From positions 4,531,692 through 4,595,691 of the forward strand of contig OZ246889.1 of the NCBI GenBank assembly GCA_965231825.1: 64,000 nt of DNA, given 5' to 3'. This stretch comes from Acidobacteriota bacterium. Lineage in GTDB: Bacteria > Acidobacteriota > UBA6911 > RPQK01 > JAJDTT01. The notes beneath the pieces are model-generated. The model saw only the letters and a program-made list of their open reading frames with translations, was not told where the DNA came from and searched no databases. A program made the translations under genes and the position numbers. This document shows, in pieces, positions 19,888 to 29,473 of the stretch. The number at the start of each line of letters is the position of its first letter. Position 1 is the first letter of the stretch.

Positions 19888-21000
19888 ATGGCCATCGCCG
19901 TTGAACCCCAAACTCACCCGGTGATCCGCAGAAGGCGCCGGACCAAGACCGCCGTCATCGACTGCGACATCCACAACGCGCTGCCCTCGGACGAGGCGAT
20001 CCGCAGGTACCTTCCCCGGCGCTGGCGGAATCACCACCGGCTGATCGGGCTCCGCGGGCACATCGGCTGCGAGTACCCCCGAGCCAGTCCCAACGCCGCA
20101 CGGCACGATTCCTGGCCCCCCTCCGGCCTGCCCGCCGGATCGGACCTGGACTTCATGCGGGAGCAGTTGCTGGACGAGTGGAACCTGGAATACGGCCTCC
20201 TGAACTGCCTCGTCGGCGCCGGACGGCAGCAGAATCTGGGGTTCGGCGCCGCCTTCTCCCAGGGTCTCAACGACTGGCAGATCGAGGCCTGGCTGGAGCC
20301 CGAGCCGCGGCTGCGGGCCTCTATTGTCGTCCCGTACGAAGACGGCGAGCTGTCGGCGGCTGAGATCGACCGCGTGGGAAGCCATCCCGGCTTCGTCCAG
20401 GTGCTGGTGGCGGTCCGTACCCAACAGCCCCTGGGCCGGCGCAAATACTGGAAGATGTACGAGGCCTGCGAGCGCCACGATCTCCCCTTCGGCATCCACT
20501 TCGGAGGGAACTCGGGCCAGCCCCTGACGGGAGGAGGGTGGCCGAACCACTACTACGAGGATCACGCCGGCATGCCCCAGGCCTTTCAGGCCCAGGTGAT
20601 CAGCATGGTCACGGAGGGGGTGTTCGAACGGTTTCCCGGATTGAAGGTGGTGCTGATCGAGGGTGGGTTCGCCTGGCTGCCTCCCCTGATGTGGCGCCTG
20701 GACCGCTCGTGGCAGAGGCTCAAGGAGGAGGTGCCGGACCTGAAGAGGCTGCCTTCGGAGACCATCCGCCGCCATTTCTGGGTCACCACGCAACCCATGG
20801 AGGAGCCGCCGCGGCACGAGTATCTCGTGCAATTGCTGGAACAGTTGGACATGGACGACCGCCTCCTCTTCGCGACCGACTATCCCCACTGGGATTTCGA
20901 CTCCCCGGCCCAGGCCATCCCGCCGAGCCTACCCCGGGAGTTCCGCCGAGGCGTCATGTCCGAGAACGCGCGGAACCTCTACCGGTTCGAGGCGGAGTAA
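19888..21000 (+). CDS. amidohydrolase-2 family protein, tandem paralogue
   Basis: Start moved to ATG 19888, which has GAGGAGG upstream and lies 10 nt after the previous stop. It has the same IDCDIH, IHFGG and TDYPHWD motifs and is collinear with the preceding gene. Confidence 0.8.
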   Translation: MAIAVEPQTHPVIRRRRRTKTAVIDCDIHNALPSDEAIRRYLPRRWRNHHRLIGLRGHIGCEYPRASPNAARHDSWPPSGLPAGSDLDFMREQLLDEWNLEYGLLNCLVGAGRQQNLGFGAAFSQGLNDWQIEAWLEPEPRLRASIVVPYEDGELSAAEIDRVGSHPGFVQVLVAVRTQQPLGRRKYWKMYEACERHDLPFGIHFGGNSGQPLTGGGWPNHYYEDHAGMPQAFQAQVISMVTEGVFERFPGLKVVLIEGGFAWLPPLMWRLDRSWQRLKEEVPDLKRLPSETIRRHFWVTTQPMEEPPRHEYLVQLLEQLDMDDRLLFATDYPHWDFDSPAQAIPPSLPREFRRGVMSENARNLYRFEAE

Positions 21001-21003
21001 GGA

Positions 21004-21108
21004 GGAGCGGCGATTTCTAATCGCCGAACTGGAGCGGCGGTTTCCTAACCGCCGGACTCCGGCGTAAACATTTGGCGGTGAGAAATGGGCGATTGGAAGT
21101 CGCCCCTC
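21004..21108. repeat. REP-like three-hairpin element (type A), second copy
   Basis: Hairpins are CGGCGATT-TCTA-ATCGCCG (21008-21026), CGGCGGTT-TCCT-AACCGCCG (21035-21054) and GGGCGA(T)-TGGAA-GTCGCCC (21087-21105). The element is collinear with 5526-5625 and starts right after the TAA stop at 21000. Confidence 0.75.
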
Positions 21109-21127
21109 GAAGCCGACGAAAAAGCAA

Positions 21128-21628
21128 ATGCCCCTCCAACGACACCTGATCTGCAGCGTCGATTCCCTGCCTCCCGGCTCCCGCAAGCTGGTAAAGATCG
21201 GGACCCGGTCCATCGGCGTCTTCAACGTGGACGGCCGTTTCTACGCCCTTCGCAACAGTTGCCCCCATCAGGGCGGCCCGGTCTGCTTGGGACACCTCAC
21301 GGGATTCGCCACGTCGCCGACTCCGGGCGAGTTCGAATACCTGCGGAAAGGCGAAATCCTGCGCTGTCCCTGGCACGGGTGGGAGTTCGACGTCAAGACG
21401 GGCCAGTCCTGGTTCGATCCGGCCCGGCTGCGGGTGGCCACCTATCCGGCCCGGGTCGAGAGCGGCGCCGCTCTGGCGGCGAATAACCGCGACCCGGCGT
21501 CCGATCCCGAGATGAGCGGCCTCTGCCCGGGACCCTATGCGCTGGAGACCTACCCGGTGGCGGTGGAACAGAACTATATCGTGGTGGAAGTGCCGGGGAC
21601 TTCCCGAGGAAGTCGGAGACATCAATGA
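21128..21628 (+). CDS. Rieske (2Fe-2S) domain protein
   Basis: 166-aa ORF with CPHQGGP and CPWHGWEF, the two Rieske cluster-binding boxes. Confidence 0.85.
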   Translation: MPLQRHLICSVDSLPPGSRKLVKIGTRSIGVFNVDGRFYALRNSCPHQGGPVCLGHLTGFATSPTPGEFEYLRKGEILRCPWHGWEFDVKTGQSWFDPARLRVATYPARVESGAALAANNRDPASDPEMSGLCPGPYALETYPVAVEQNYIVVEVPGTSRGSRRHQ

Positions 21629-21659
21629 CATCATTTTCGACAATCCATATGATGCTGTG

Positions 21660-21929
21660 ATGCGCACCACTCTCACCATCGACGAAGATATCGCTGTCGG
21701 GATCCGTGAATTGCTGCGGCGGCGCGGACACTCGTTGAAGCGGGTCATCAATCGACTGTTGCGCAGGGGACTGCGAATCAGCCGCCGAACGCGAGATGCG
21801 AAACCATACCGCACAAAACCCCACAGGCTCACCCTGAGGCCCGGTTTCGACACCATCGGGTTCAACCGGCTCGTGGATGAGCTGGAAACCGAGGAACGTC
21901 GAGATCGAGAAATCCGGTTGCGCCAATGA
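21660..21929 (+). CDS. vapB: type II antitoxin, VapB-like
   Basis: In-frame ATG at 21660 gives MRTTLTIDEDIAVGIRELLRRRGHSLKRVIN..., the common MRTTLxIDDxL antitoxin N-terminus. Its stop overlaps the ATG of the PIN remnant (ATGA). Confidence 0.7.
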   Translation: MRTTLTIDEDIAVGIRELLRRRGHSLKRVINRLLRRGLRISRRTRDAKPYRTKPHRLTLRPGFDTIGFNRLVDELETEERRDREIRLRQ

Positions 21930-22021
21930 TGATTCCGAACGTCAACATGCTCGTCTACGCCGACGACGAGACGAGTCCGCTCCATGACTGGAGTGCCCGA
22001 ATAAGGAGAAACATCCCATGA
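21926..22021 (+). pseudogene. vapC: vapC (PIN-domain toxin) remnant, only 31 codons
   Basis: Own translation gives MMIPNVNMLVYADDETSPLHDWSARIRRNIP-stop. It matches the first ~25 aa of VapC toxins (l-P-D-V-N-V-L-V-Y-A...SP.H), with D to N at the first catalytic Asp. Its TGA overlaps the ATG of the next gene (22018). Confidence 0.5.
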
Positions 22022-23655
22022 ACGGCGCCGATGCCATCGTCAAGATCTTGCAAATGGAAGGGATCCGGCAGGTCTTCTGCTATCCCTTGACCAACCTGTT
22101 GGACGCTCTGGCCCGGGCCGGCGTCCGCATTCTCAGTTCCCGCCAGGAGCGGGTCGCCGGCAACATGGCCGACGGCGTCTCCCGGTCCACCAACGGCCGG
22201 CAGATCGGGGTCTTCACGGTCCAGTCCCGAGCCGGCGCCGAGAACGCGTTCGCAGGGGTGGCCCACTCCTTCACCGATTCCACCCCGGTCCTCTTCCTGC
22301 CGGGGCACGCGGGCCTGGACCAGATCGGGACCCATCCCTCCTTCGACTGCGTCGACAACTACCGGGCCACCACCAAGATGGCCAACAAGGTGATCTCGCC
22401 AGAGCTGGCGCCCAGCCGATTGCGGCATGCGTTCACCGCCCTGCGCTCGGGGAGGCCGGGCCCGGTGATGCTGGAGGTGTTGGACGACGCCTGCAAGGCG
22501 GAGTTCACGGGCGACCTGGAATACACGCCGATTCCACGGATGCGGGTGGCCGCCGACCCGGGAGCCGTGGAAGAGGCCGCCGAACGCCTGCTCCGGGCCG
22601 AGCGTCCCATGATCTGGGCCGGTCAGGGCATCCTCTACGCCGAGGCGAGCCGGGAACTGGTGGAGGTGGCCGAGATCCTGGGCATCCCCGTCATGACCAC
22701 GCTTCAGGGAAAGAGCGGATTCCCCGAACGCCATGAGCTCTCGGCCGGAGTCGGCGCCTACTCCGTCACCTACATGGCGCGGCATTGCCTGGCCGACAGC
22801 GACCTGATCCTGGCTGTGGGCTCCAGCCTGACCGTAGCGCCCTTCACACCACCGATCCCACCTGGGAAGGCCATCATCCACGCCACCGTGGACCCGTCCG
22901 ACATCAACAAGGAATATCCGGCGGCGCTCCCGGTCGTGGCCGACGCCAAACTGTTCCTGCGGCAACTGGCCGACGTGTTGAAATCCAAGGTCGGTAAAGA
23001 CCGGAAGGCCCATCGGCAGGAGACGGTCGAGACCCTCTCACGCCATCGGAACGCCTGGCTGGAGGAGTTCGAGTCCCTTTTCAGCGACGATTCCCAACCC
23101 ATCAACGGATACCGGATGTTCCGGGAACTCTGGTCGGCCATCGACCCGGACACCTCCATCGTGACCCACGAATCGGGCGCCTCGCGGGACATCCAGAGCG
23201 TCTTCTACCAGGCCAACACTCCCCGGAGCTACCTGGGGTGGGGCCAGTCCTCCCAACTGGGATTCTCCCTGGGTCTGGCCATGGGAGCCAAGATCGCCAA
23301 CCCGGACAAGCTGGTGGTCAACGTCATGGGAGACGCCTCCGTGGGAATGACCGGAATGGACTGGGAAACGGCGGTCCGGGAGAACATCCCGATACTCACG
23401 GTGATCAAGCACGACTCCATCTTCAGCGGCTACGACCGTCACATCCCGGTGGCCATCGAGCGCTACAAGATCTCGACCCAGACCGGCGACTACGCCAACG
23501 TGGCGCGGGCCCTGGGCTGCCATGCCGAGAAGGTGGAGACGGTCCAAGGGCTGCAGCCGGCCCTGAAGCGGGCCATTCAGGCCACCAGAGACGGCCAGCC
23601 GGCCGTGGTGGACGTGATCACCGCCGAGACGCGCAAGTTGTCCAAGATTTTCTGA
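22018..23655 (+). CDS. thiamine-diphosphate-dependent enzyme (acetolactate synthase large-subunit-like family)
   Basis: 545-aa ORF with an N-terminal TPP-Pyr domain (GIRQVFCYP...RQERVAGNMADG) and a C-terminal TPP-binding GDASVGMTGMDWETAV...N motif. Confidence 0.85.
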   Translation: MNGADAIVKILQMEGIRQVFCYPLTNLLDALARAGVRILSSRQERVAGNMADGVSRSTNGRQIGVFTVQSRAGAENAFAGVAHSFTDSTPVLFLPGHAGLDQIGTHPSFDCVDNYRATTKMANKVISPELAPSRLRHAFTALRSGRPGPVMLEVLDDACKAEFTGDLEYTPIPRMRVAADPGAVEEAAERLLRAERPMIWAGQGILYAEASRELVEVAEILGIPVMTTLQGKSGFPERHELSAGVGAYSVTYMARHCLADSDLILAVGSSLTVAPFTPPIPPGKAIIHATVDPSDINKEYPAALPVVADAKLFLRQLADVLKSKVGKDRKAHRQETVETLSRHRNAWLEEFESLFSDDSQPINGYRMFRELWSAIDPDTSIVTHESGASRDIQSVFYQANTPRSYLGWGQSSQLGFSLGLAMGAKIANPDKLVVNVMGDASVGMTGMDWETAVRENIPILTVIKHDSIFSGYDRHIPVAIERYKISTQTGDYANVARALGCHAEKVETVQGLQPALKRAIQATRDGQPAVVDVITAETRKLSKIF

Positions 23656-23702
23656 AGCGACAACGGTCCCACGAGCCTTGATTCAACGACTTGCCGTTGC
23701 GG

Positions 23703-23721
23703 ATGATGATTGTGTCATCAT
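23703..23721. promoter_or_regulatory. candidate operator palindrome upstream of the RHH antitoxin gene
   Basis: Perfect 7-bp arms ATGATGA-TTGTG-TCATCAT lie 35 nt upstream of ATG 23756 in an AT-richer stretch with CATAGT/CATAAT -10-like hexamers. RHH antitoxins usually autoregulate at such palindromes. Confidence 0.35.
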
Positions 23722-23755
23722 AGTGAACCATAATGAACTGTAAGGAACCAATCTC

Positions 23756-23995
23756 ATGGCTACAGAGGCATTCAGCGTTCGTACGGATAGCAGGATCGTT
23801 CGGCAACTGGACAAGCTTGCCAAGCAGCAGGACCGGTCACGAAACTACATGGTGAACCAGGCGATCAAACAATTTCTGGAGCTGCATGCGTGGCAGGAGG
23901 AACGTATCCGGGCCGGAATCGAGGCAGCCGATCAAGGCCGTTTCGCCTCGAGAGCGGAAATGGAACGGGTATTCGGCAAATATGAGAATGCCTGA
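23756..23995 (+). CDS. ribbon-helix-helix (CopG/ParD-like) antitoxin
   Basis: 79-aa ORF. FSVRTDSRIVRQLDKLAKQQDRSRNYMVNQAIKQFLE is a classic RHH fold signature. It lies immediately upstream of a ParE/RelE toxin gene. Confidence 0.75.
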   Translation: MATEAFSVRTDSRIVRQLDKLAKQQDRSRNYMVNQAIKQFLELHAWQEERIRAGIEAADQGRFASRAEMERVFGKYENA

Positions 23996-23997
23996 TC

Positions 23998-24288
23998 GTG
24001 CGGGTTCGATGGACTGAACCGGCGGTAAGGGCTCTTGAAGACATTCAAGACCATATCGCCATGGACAACCCGCGAGCAGCTTATGAAGTTGCGCAGCGGA
24101 TACGGGTTACGACCGAATTCCTCAAAGAGCATCCGAAGATCGGCCGTTGGGGCCGAGTAGCCGGCACATTCGAACTGCTGATCCCCGGCATCCCGTACCT
24201 CGTGCCGTACCGCATCAGGAACCAGGAGATCCAGATTCTGAGTGTGTTCCACACCTCCCGGAAATGGCCTGAGAGTCTCGATGAATAG
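23998..24288 (+). CDS. type II toxin, RelE/ParE family
   Basis: 96-aa ORF (GTG start 2 nt after the antitoxin stop). W.E.A..DL..I..HI...NP.AA...R.I...L...P..G...Y.I....I.IL.V.H layout. Confidence 0.8.
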   Translation: MRVRWTEPAVRALEDIQDHIAMDNPRAAYEVAQRIRVTTEFLKEHPKIGRWGRVAGTFELLIPGIPYLVPYRIRNQEIQILSVFHTSRKWPESLDE

Positions 24289-24300
24289 TGTTCGGGTCCC

Positions 24301-25926
24301 TCAGACCAGCGTCTTCCGGGTAAACGGCGACGGCTCGTGGCGCGTGGCCCAGGTCAGGCCCTTGATCCGGTCCAGGTCCTTATTGGGAAAGACGAAGCTC
24401 AGCAGCCATGCGGAACCCAGGGCGGAAATGGCCGACAAGAGGATAATCCAGGTGAATCCCATCCCCTTTTCCACCAGGCGCTGAGTGAAGTCCGCACCGA
24501 GGACACTTGCCATGGCCTGGTGGGTGGAGGGGTCCATGAGCTGCAGCAGGTCGCGCGAATAGGCCACCCCCAGAGCCACGGCCAAGCCGATGAACGCCGC
24601 CGGCCAGACGGCGCGGCTGCTCACCCGGGGAAATAGCATCCCCGCCAGGAACAGCGCTCCCATCGAGCCCACCAGGGAGTTGAAGGTCTTGGGAAGAATG
24701 GTGAGGATGTCGTCCATTCCGGTGAGTCCGTCCAGGTAGATGGCCGACACGGTCACCACCAACCCCACGATCAGGGTGATAACCCGGGCCTGGAAGACGC
24801 GGTTTCCGGTGGACGGTTTCTTGCGGAGCCGGCCGAAGTCCACCGTGGCCACGGTGGCCCAGGAATTGACCCCCGAGTCGATGGTGGACATGGCCGCCGC
24901 CAGAAGGGCGGCGAAGATGGCCCCGGCCAGTCCCGGCGGAATCTTGGAGGCCACGAAGAAGGGGAAGATGGCGTCCCGATCCTTGCCGCTCGCCACGTTG
25001 ATGTGCTCGGGGAGGATTTCCGGACCCTGCGTGTAGTAGTAGACCAGGGCGGCGCCGATGACGGCCAGCAGGAAGGAAATCGTGATGCTGACCACGATGC
25101 TGGTGACGAAGCTGCGCTTGGCCGCCTGGACGTCCACGGTGCTGAAGTACCGTTGCAAGGTCATCTGGTTGGCGCAATGGGCCGTCAGGGTCCAGATCAC
25201 CGCCGAGAGGGTCATGGTCACCACCGTGCCGGCCTGAGTGGGGTCGGGGGAGAAGAAGGTAAAGCTCTCGTTGTCCCTGGCGGTCACCACGTGGTACCAA
25301 TCCAGCGGCCCCGAACCCGTGGTCCAGGCCACGAAGCCGATGGTGAACAGCCCTCCGCCCACCAGGAGGGCCGCCTGAATCACGTCGGTCCAGACCACGG
25401 CCCGAATCCCTCCCATCATGGTGTACACGGTGGCGACGACTCCGATCACCCCGATGACCACCACCAGGGGCAACCCCGTGGCCACCGCCAGCGCTCTTGA
25501 CGAGACCAGCACGATCACTCCCATGAGCACGGTGACGAAGATGAGAAACATGGTGGCGCCCAACAGCCGCACCGAGAGGTCGTACCGGTGCTCCAGGTAT
25601 TCGTAGGCCGTCGTGAACTTGAACCGGACGAAGAAGGGGATGGCCAGGAGCAGGATCAGGACGATGTCGATGGGAATGGCGACCAGGTTGCTCAAGAAGG
25701 CGCCGAAGCCGAAGCGCCAGACGATGCCGGGACTCGCGAGATAGGTGATGCTGGAAAGGAGCGACGCGATGATGCTGACTCCCACGGCGAACCACGGAAG
25801 GCGCCGCCCGCCCAAAAAGTATTCTTCCTCGGTCTGCTGCCCCCGGGCGAGCCTCCAGCCCAGGAACATCATGGCCGCCAGATAGGCGACCAGCACCACG
25901 TGATCGGCGAAATGGAGTTGTATCAA
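24301..25926 (-). CDS. sodium:solute symporter (SSS family)
   Basis: 541-aa polytopic ORF (TTG start at 25926). It has the EEYFLGGRRLPWF motif near TM2 and about 13 predicted TM segments. Confidence 0.9.
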   Translation of the reverse strand: MIQLHFADHVVLVAYLAAMMFLGWRLARGQQTEEEYFLGGRRLPWFAVGVSIIASLLSSITYLASPGIVWRFGFGAFLSNLVAIPIDIVLILLLAIPFFVRFKFTTAYEYLEHRYDLSVRLLGATMFLIFVTVLMGVIVLVSSRALAVATGLPLVVVIGVIGVVATVYTMMGGIRAVVWTDVIQAALLVGGGLFTIGFVAWTTGSGPLDWYHVVTARDNESFTFFSPDPTQAGTVVTMTLSAVIWTLTAHCANQMTLQRYFSTVDVQAAKRSFVTSIVVSITISFLLAVIGAALVYYYTQGPEILPEHINVASGKDRDAIFPFFVASKIPPGLAGAIFAALLAAAMSTIDSGVNSWATVATVDFGRLRKKPSTGNRVFQARVITLIVGLVVTVSAIYLDGLTGMDDILTILPKTFNSLVGSMGALFLAGMLFPRVSSRAVWPAAFIGLAVALGVAYSRDLLQLMDPSTHQAMASVLGADFTQRLVEKGMGFTWIILLSAISALGSAWLLSFVFPNKDLDRIKGLTWATRHEPSPFTRKTLV

Positions 25927-26040
25927 GTCACCCTTTCCAATCCTGGATTCGCGAAGAGGATTTCACGATTATGCCGGCGACCCCGGCCGGACTGAATTCT
26001 ATTCTGCTCATCCTGTTCGGGGCCAGTCGCAGGGTTGGCA

Positions 26041-27654
26041 TCATTTCGGCGACGGCTCGATCCGGACCGACTCGATTCCAGGTCCGGGGCCTTCACCCGC
26101 GCTCGAAAGGAGAAGGCTCAGCCTCCAACGGCCCCCCGTCAACGGGACTGTGTATTTTTCTTCGCCGCCGTGGATCTCCCGCCAGCTTGAGCCCCCGTCC
26201 GCTTGGCTGTCACCGTCGGCGTCCTCCTCCAGCCGGAACCGCGCCCGGCGCCCCCCGAACGTGTACTGCTCCAGGTCCGACACCGAAGAGTCCCGGGTCG
26301 CATAGTAGGCCACGGCCACGAAGGTTCCGTCCACCCGCCGCTTCAAGTCTCCGTACCCGGTGTCCGTTCCCGGACGCATGGGACCGTGCAGCAGCTCGGG
26401 GCCCTGCCAGGTGGCGCCGTCGTCGTCGGACCAGTAGACCACCGGCTTGCGCGTGTACCCCCCGCCGATGCTGTGGAGGCCCATGCCCCAGAGACGGCCC
26501 TCGCCGGCAGCGTAGTCCAGCACATTCCCATGCTGGAACCGGGGATTGCTTGCCTTGTAAATCCGGGCCCGCTGCCAGAGGCCCCCTTCGACGCCGCCGT
26601 CCACCTTGGGCGAGATCTCCTCCAGCGGGGCGAAGGTGGCGCCCATATCGGTGCTCACCGTCTGCCAGGTGTGCCGGTTGCCGGCCGCGTCCCGCAGGAT
26701 CGCCACGATGGTGCGGTTGCCCACATATTCGATGGCCGGCTCGAAGGTGGCGCCGCTGTGCGGCTCCTTCTCGCTGGCCAGGTGACCGATCCAGCTCAGA
26801 AACTCGTAGCTCCGGCCGTCGTCGGTGGAACGGGCCAGCAGGGTTCCCGCCTGCGCGTCGTGGTGGAAATACTGGAACGCCATGTAGACGTGGGTGGGGT
26901 TCTCGGGATCCACAAACCAGTCTTCGGTGCCGAGAACCAAGTCTCCGGGCGCCCCGGTGACCCCCTGGACGTTGATTCGATCGTGGTCCTGGACCCAGGT
27001 CTTTCCGCCGTCGTGGGAGCGGAGCTGACGCGTTCCCGTGCTATAGGAGGTCCGCCAGAACTGGAGGATGAGGTCGCCGCTGGGCATGCGGTAGAGCCCC
27101 GGCTCGCTGTGGGTGTACCCGTCGTCGAAGGGCATCCCCGAGATGGGGGTGCCGTCGAACCAGCGGTCCAGTCCGCCCCAGGTCCGTCCCTCGTTTGAGG
27201 AGGTCAGGATGTGGATGGCGTCCTGGCCCTTCCAGTCCATGTGATTCAATCCCGAGCGAAGGGCCATAACCCAACGGTCCTGGTCCAGAATGGCGATCAT
27301 GGAGCGCCCGTACCAGTCGTGCGGAACTCCGTCGCTGCCGGTGTAGGGTTCCTCGGATCCATCCACCACCACTTCGATGGTCTTGTCCCGGAACAGGTCC
27401 AAACGGGACCGGACCGTGACCTGGACCGAACCGGCGTCTCCCTGTCCATCCTGCCAGGCCCCGATCCAGTGGCCCTCACCTCCGCCTTCCAGCGTCAGTC
27501 CATCAGGCCCTGCGACGGTCCCGGCCGTGGTCCGTACCGCATCCGCCCACTGTTTCTCCGATTCCAGAATCAAGGTTCCGCTCCCCGTGCCGCACGCTGC
27601 CGCAGCCGCGGCCAGAACGAGTACGATTCCCCGCAAACCATTTTGGGTCCTCAC
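26041..27654 (-). CDS. BNR/Asp-box repeat sialidase-like lipoprotein
   Basis: 537-aa ORF (GTG start overlapping the upstream stop, GTGA). Lipobox AAAACGTGS. Asp-boxes are SSNEGRTW, SHDGGKTW, STDDGRSY, STDMGATF and SDDDGATW. Confidence 0.75.
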   Translation of the reverse strand: MRTQNGLRGIVLVLAAAAAACGTGSGTLILESEKQWADAVRTTAGTVAGPDGLTLEGGGEGHWIGAWQDGQGDAGSVQVTVRSRLDLFRDKTIEVVVDGSEEPYTGSDGVPHDWYGRSMIAILDQDRWVMALRSGLNHMDWKGQDAIHILTSSNEGRTWGGLDRWFDGTPISGMPFDDGYTHSEPGLYRMPSGDLILQFWRTSYSTGTRQLRSHDGGKTWVQDHDRINVQGVTGAPGDLVLGTEDWFVDPENPTHVYMAFQYFHHDAQAGTLLARSTDDGRSYEFLSWIGHLASEKEPHSGATFEPAIEYVGNRTIVAILRDAAGNRHTWQTVSTDMGATFAPLEEISPKVDGGVEGGLWQRARIYKASNPRFQHGNVLDYAAGEGRLWGMGLHSIGGGYTRKPVVYWSDDDGATWQGPELLHGPMRPGTDTGYGDLKRRVDGTFVAVAYYATRDSSVSDLEQYTFGGRRARFRLEEDADGDSQADGGSSWREIHGGEEKYTVPLTGGRWRLSLLLSSAGEGPGPGIESVRIEPSPK

Positions 27655-28442
27655 GATTGGTCACTCCCTTCTCCCACCACCGGGTTGGACAGGACACCCA
27701 CCTGAGGGATCTCGATCTCCACCCGGTCTCCGGGAAAGACGGGCCCCACGCCCGAGGGCGTCCCGGTCAGGATCACGTCCCCCGGGAGCAGGGTCATGGC
27801 CTGGCTCATGTAGGAGACGATCTCGGCTACGGGATAGATGAGGTCCGAAGTGTTGGTGCGTTGCCGCTCCCGGCCGTTGACGCGGGCCACGAGCAGCAGG
27901 TCGGTGGGATCGAGTCCCGTGGCGATGGCGGGCCCGAGCGGGCAGAAGGTATCGTATCCCTTGCCCATGAGAAGACATCCCTCCTTCATCTCGGCTCTCT
28001 GGATGACCCGTTCGCTCACGTCGTTGCCGCAAGTGTAGCCCAGAACATGATCCAGGGCCTCGTTGCTGTCGACTCTGCGCGCTCTCCTCCCGATCACCGC
28101 CACCAGCTCGGCCTCGAAGTGGACGATCAGCTCCCCCTCGGCTGCCGGATAGATGATGGGGTCCCCGGGCCCGATGGCGGCCGTGGAGGGCTTCATGAAG
28201 AGCATGGGCTGAGGCGGATGCTCCTTCCCCCCCTCGGCCGCATGGTCCGCATAGTTCAGGCCCAGTCCGAAGATCCTGGGCGCGGACACCGGCGAGAGGA
28301 TCCGCACCGGCTCCAATCGCGTGGCGGTCCCGTCCGTAGTCAGACTCTCGAAGGGCGTTCCTTCCAGGCGCCGGATCAGTCCCCCCTCTTCCAGAATCCC
28401 GTAGTGAACCCGGTCCTCTTCCCGATAACGAACGATCTTCAT
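27651..28442 (-). CDS. fumarylacetoacetate hydrolase (FAH) family protein
   Basis: Start moved to ATG 28442 (MKIVRYREED), which overlaps the upstream gene's stop. GLNYADHAAE...FMKP...YEAELVAVIG...GKGYDTFCPLGP...LTGTPSGVG are FAH-family motifs. The 179-codon extension in the ORF track is Arg/Gly junk. Confidence 0.9.
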   Translation of the reverse strand: MKIVRYREEDRVHYGILEEGGLIRRLEGTPFESLTTDGTATRLEPVRILSPVSAPRIFGLGLNYADHAAEGGKEHPPQPMLFMKPSTAAIGPGDPIIYPAAEGELIVHFEAELVAVIGRRARRVDSNEALDHVLGYTCGNDVSERVIQRAEMKEGCLLMGKGYDTFCPLGPAIATGLDPTDLLLVARVNGRERQRTNTSDLIYPVAEIVSYMSQAMTLLPGDVILTGTPSGVGPVFPGDRVEIEIPQVGVLSNPVVGEGSDQS

Positions 28443-29473
28443 CAGTCTTCCCTTTCGGAATCTTCCTGGAACCCCCGGCAGAGCTCTCCGACCCGCGCCT
28501 CGCCGGCGCCGCCATCGTGGACCACAACCCGAATCCCGAACTCGACGCCGTCTCCCGGCCCCAGCGACCAGAGTAACTCGGCCATGGGATTGAGGGTCAG
28601 GGTTCCCCAGTCGGTCACGTACCAGGGATACCCGGCCGTGGAGGGATGGGGGAGCAGAGACACGCCCGCACGGACTCCCCGTCCCAGGGTCCCCGAACCG
28701 TCCACCCAATCGGCCTTCTCGCGGCTGATCTCCCGGCCCCCCTCCCGGCCCTCCGAGTCCACGAGCTGTCCTCCATGGGTGACGCTCAGCGCCTCGATCA
28801 AGCGTACCCCGAAAAGCCCATGCCGGGTCGGACCCAGATTGAGCCCCCACTGGCCGGCCTGGAGGCGGGAACGGACATCGATGAGGTTCGCCCCCTCGCC
28901 GGGACGTATGTCCAGCGTCCGGATCTCGGCGAGGAGGACGCGTCCTTCCGGTGCGCCCCACTCCGCAGGACCTCGCCACTGTAGGGTCAGAACGATTCGC
29001 AGATGGTCCGGAGCCAGCTCTTCGGACTCTACCGCGGTGGTCAGAATCCGTCCCGGCGCCCGGCCCTGAAAGGTCTCGTTCACGTAGAAGTTGTAGGTCC
29101 CCTTCTCGATCTCATCCGAGGAATAGGGGAAAAGACACCGGACCCGGTCCAGCGCCACCCAGATGGAATTGTGGTGGGGGTGATCGGCGGGACTCTCGGA
29201 AGTGACGGCGAAACCGGCAGGAGTGAAAACCGGGTAGAGATAGGGCCTGTAGGGTCCCTGGCTCAACGACAGGATTCGCTTTCCACGCCACCGGACTCCG
29301 AGGCGATGCGACGCCGCCCTAGCCCCGCGCGCCAGCTCGACCTGATCCTCCAGAATTGAGAAAGATTCCACCAGAACCGCCTGCCGCCGCTGGATTTGCA
29401 ATCGGGTGACGTCCCAGCCAGAATGACCCGTCAACTTCGTGCGGAAGGGTCCAACCGACCGGGACGCAATCAT
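28442..29473 (-). CDS. PmoA-like / DUF6807 family protein
   Basis: 343-aa ORF (start uncertain). YRPYLYPVFTPAGFAVTSESPADHPHHNSIW matches the conserved DUF6807 core (kPy..Pl.tp.G..vT...P.DHpHH). Confidence 0.65.
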   Translation of the reverse strand: MIASRSVGPFRTKLTGHSGWDVTRLQIQRRQAVLVESFSILEDQVELARGARAASHRLGVRWRGKRILSLSQGPYRPYLYPVFTPAGFAVTSESPADHPHHNSIWVALDRVRCLFPYSSDEIEKGTYNFYVNETFQGRAPGRILTTAVESEELAPDHLRIVLTLQWRGPAEWGAPEGRVLLAEIRTLDIRPGEGANLIDVRSRLQAGQWGLNLGPTRHGLFGVRLIEALSVTHGGQLVDSEGREGGREISREKADWVDGSGTLGRGVRAGVSLLPHPSTAGYPWYVTDWGTLTLNPMAELLWSLGPGDGVEFGIRVVVHDGGAGEARVGELCRGFQEDSERED

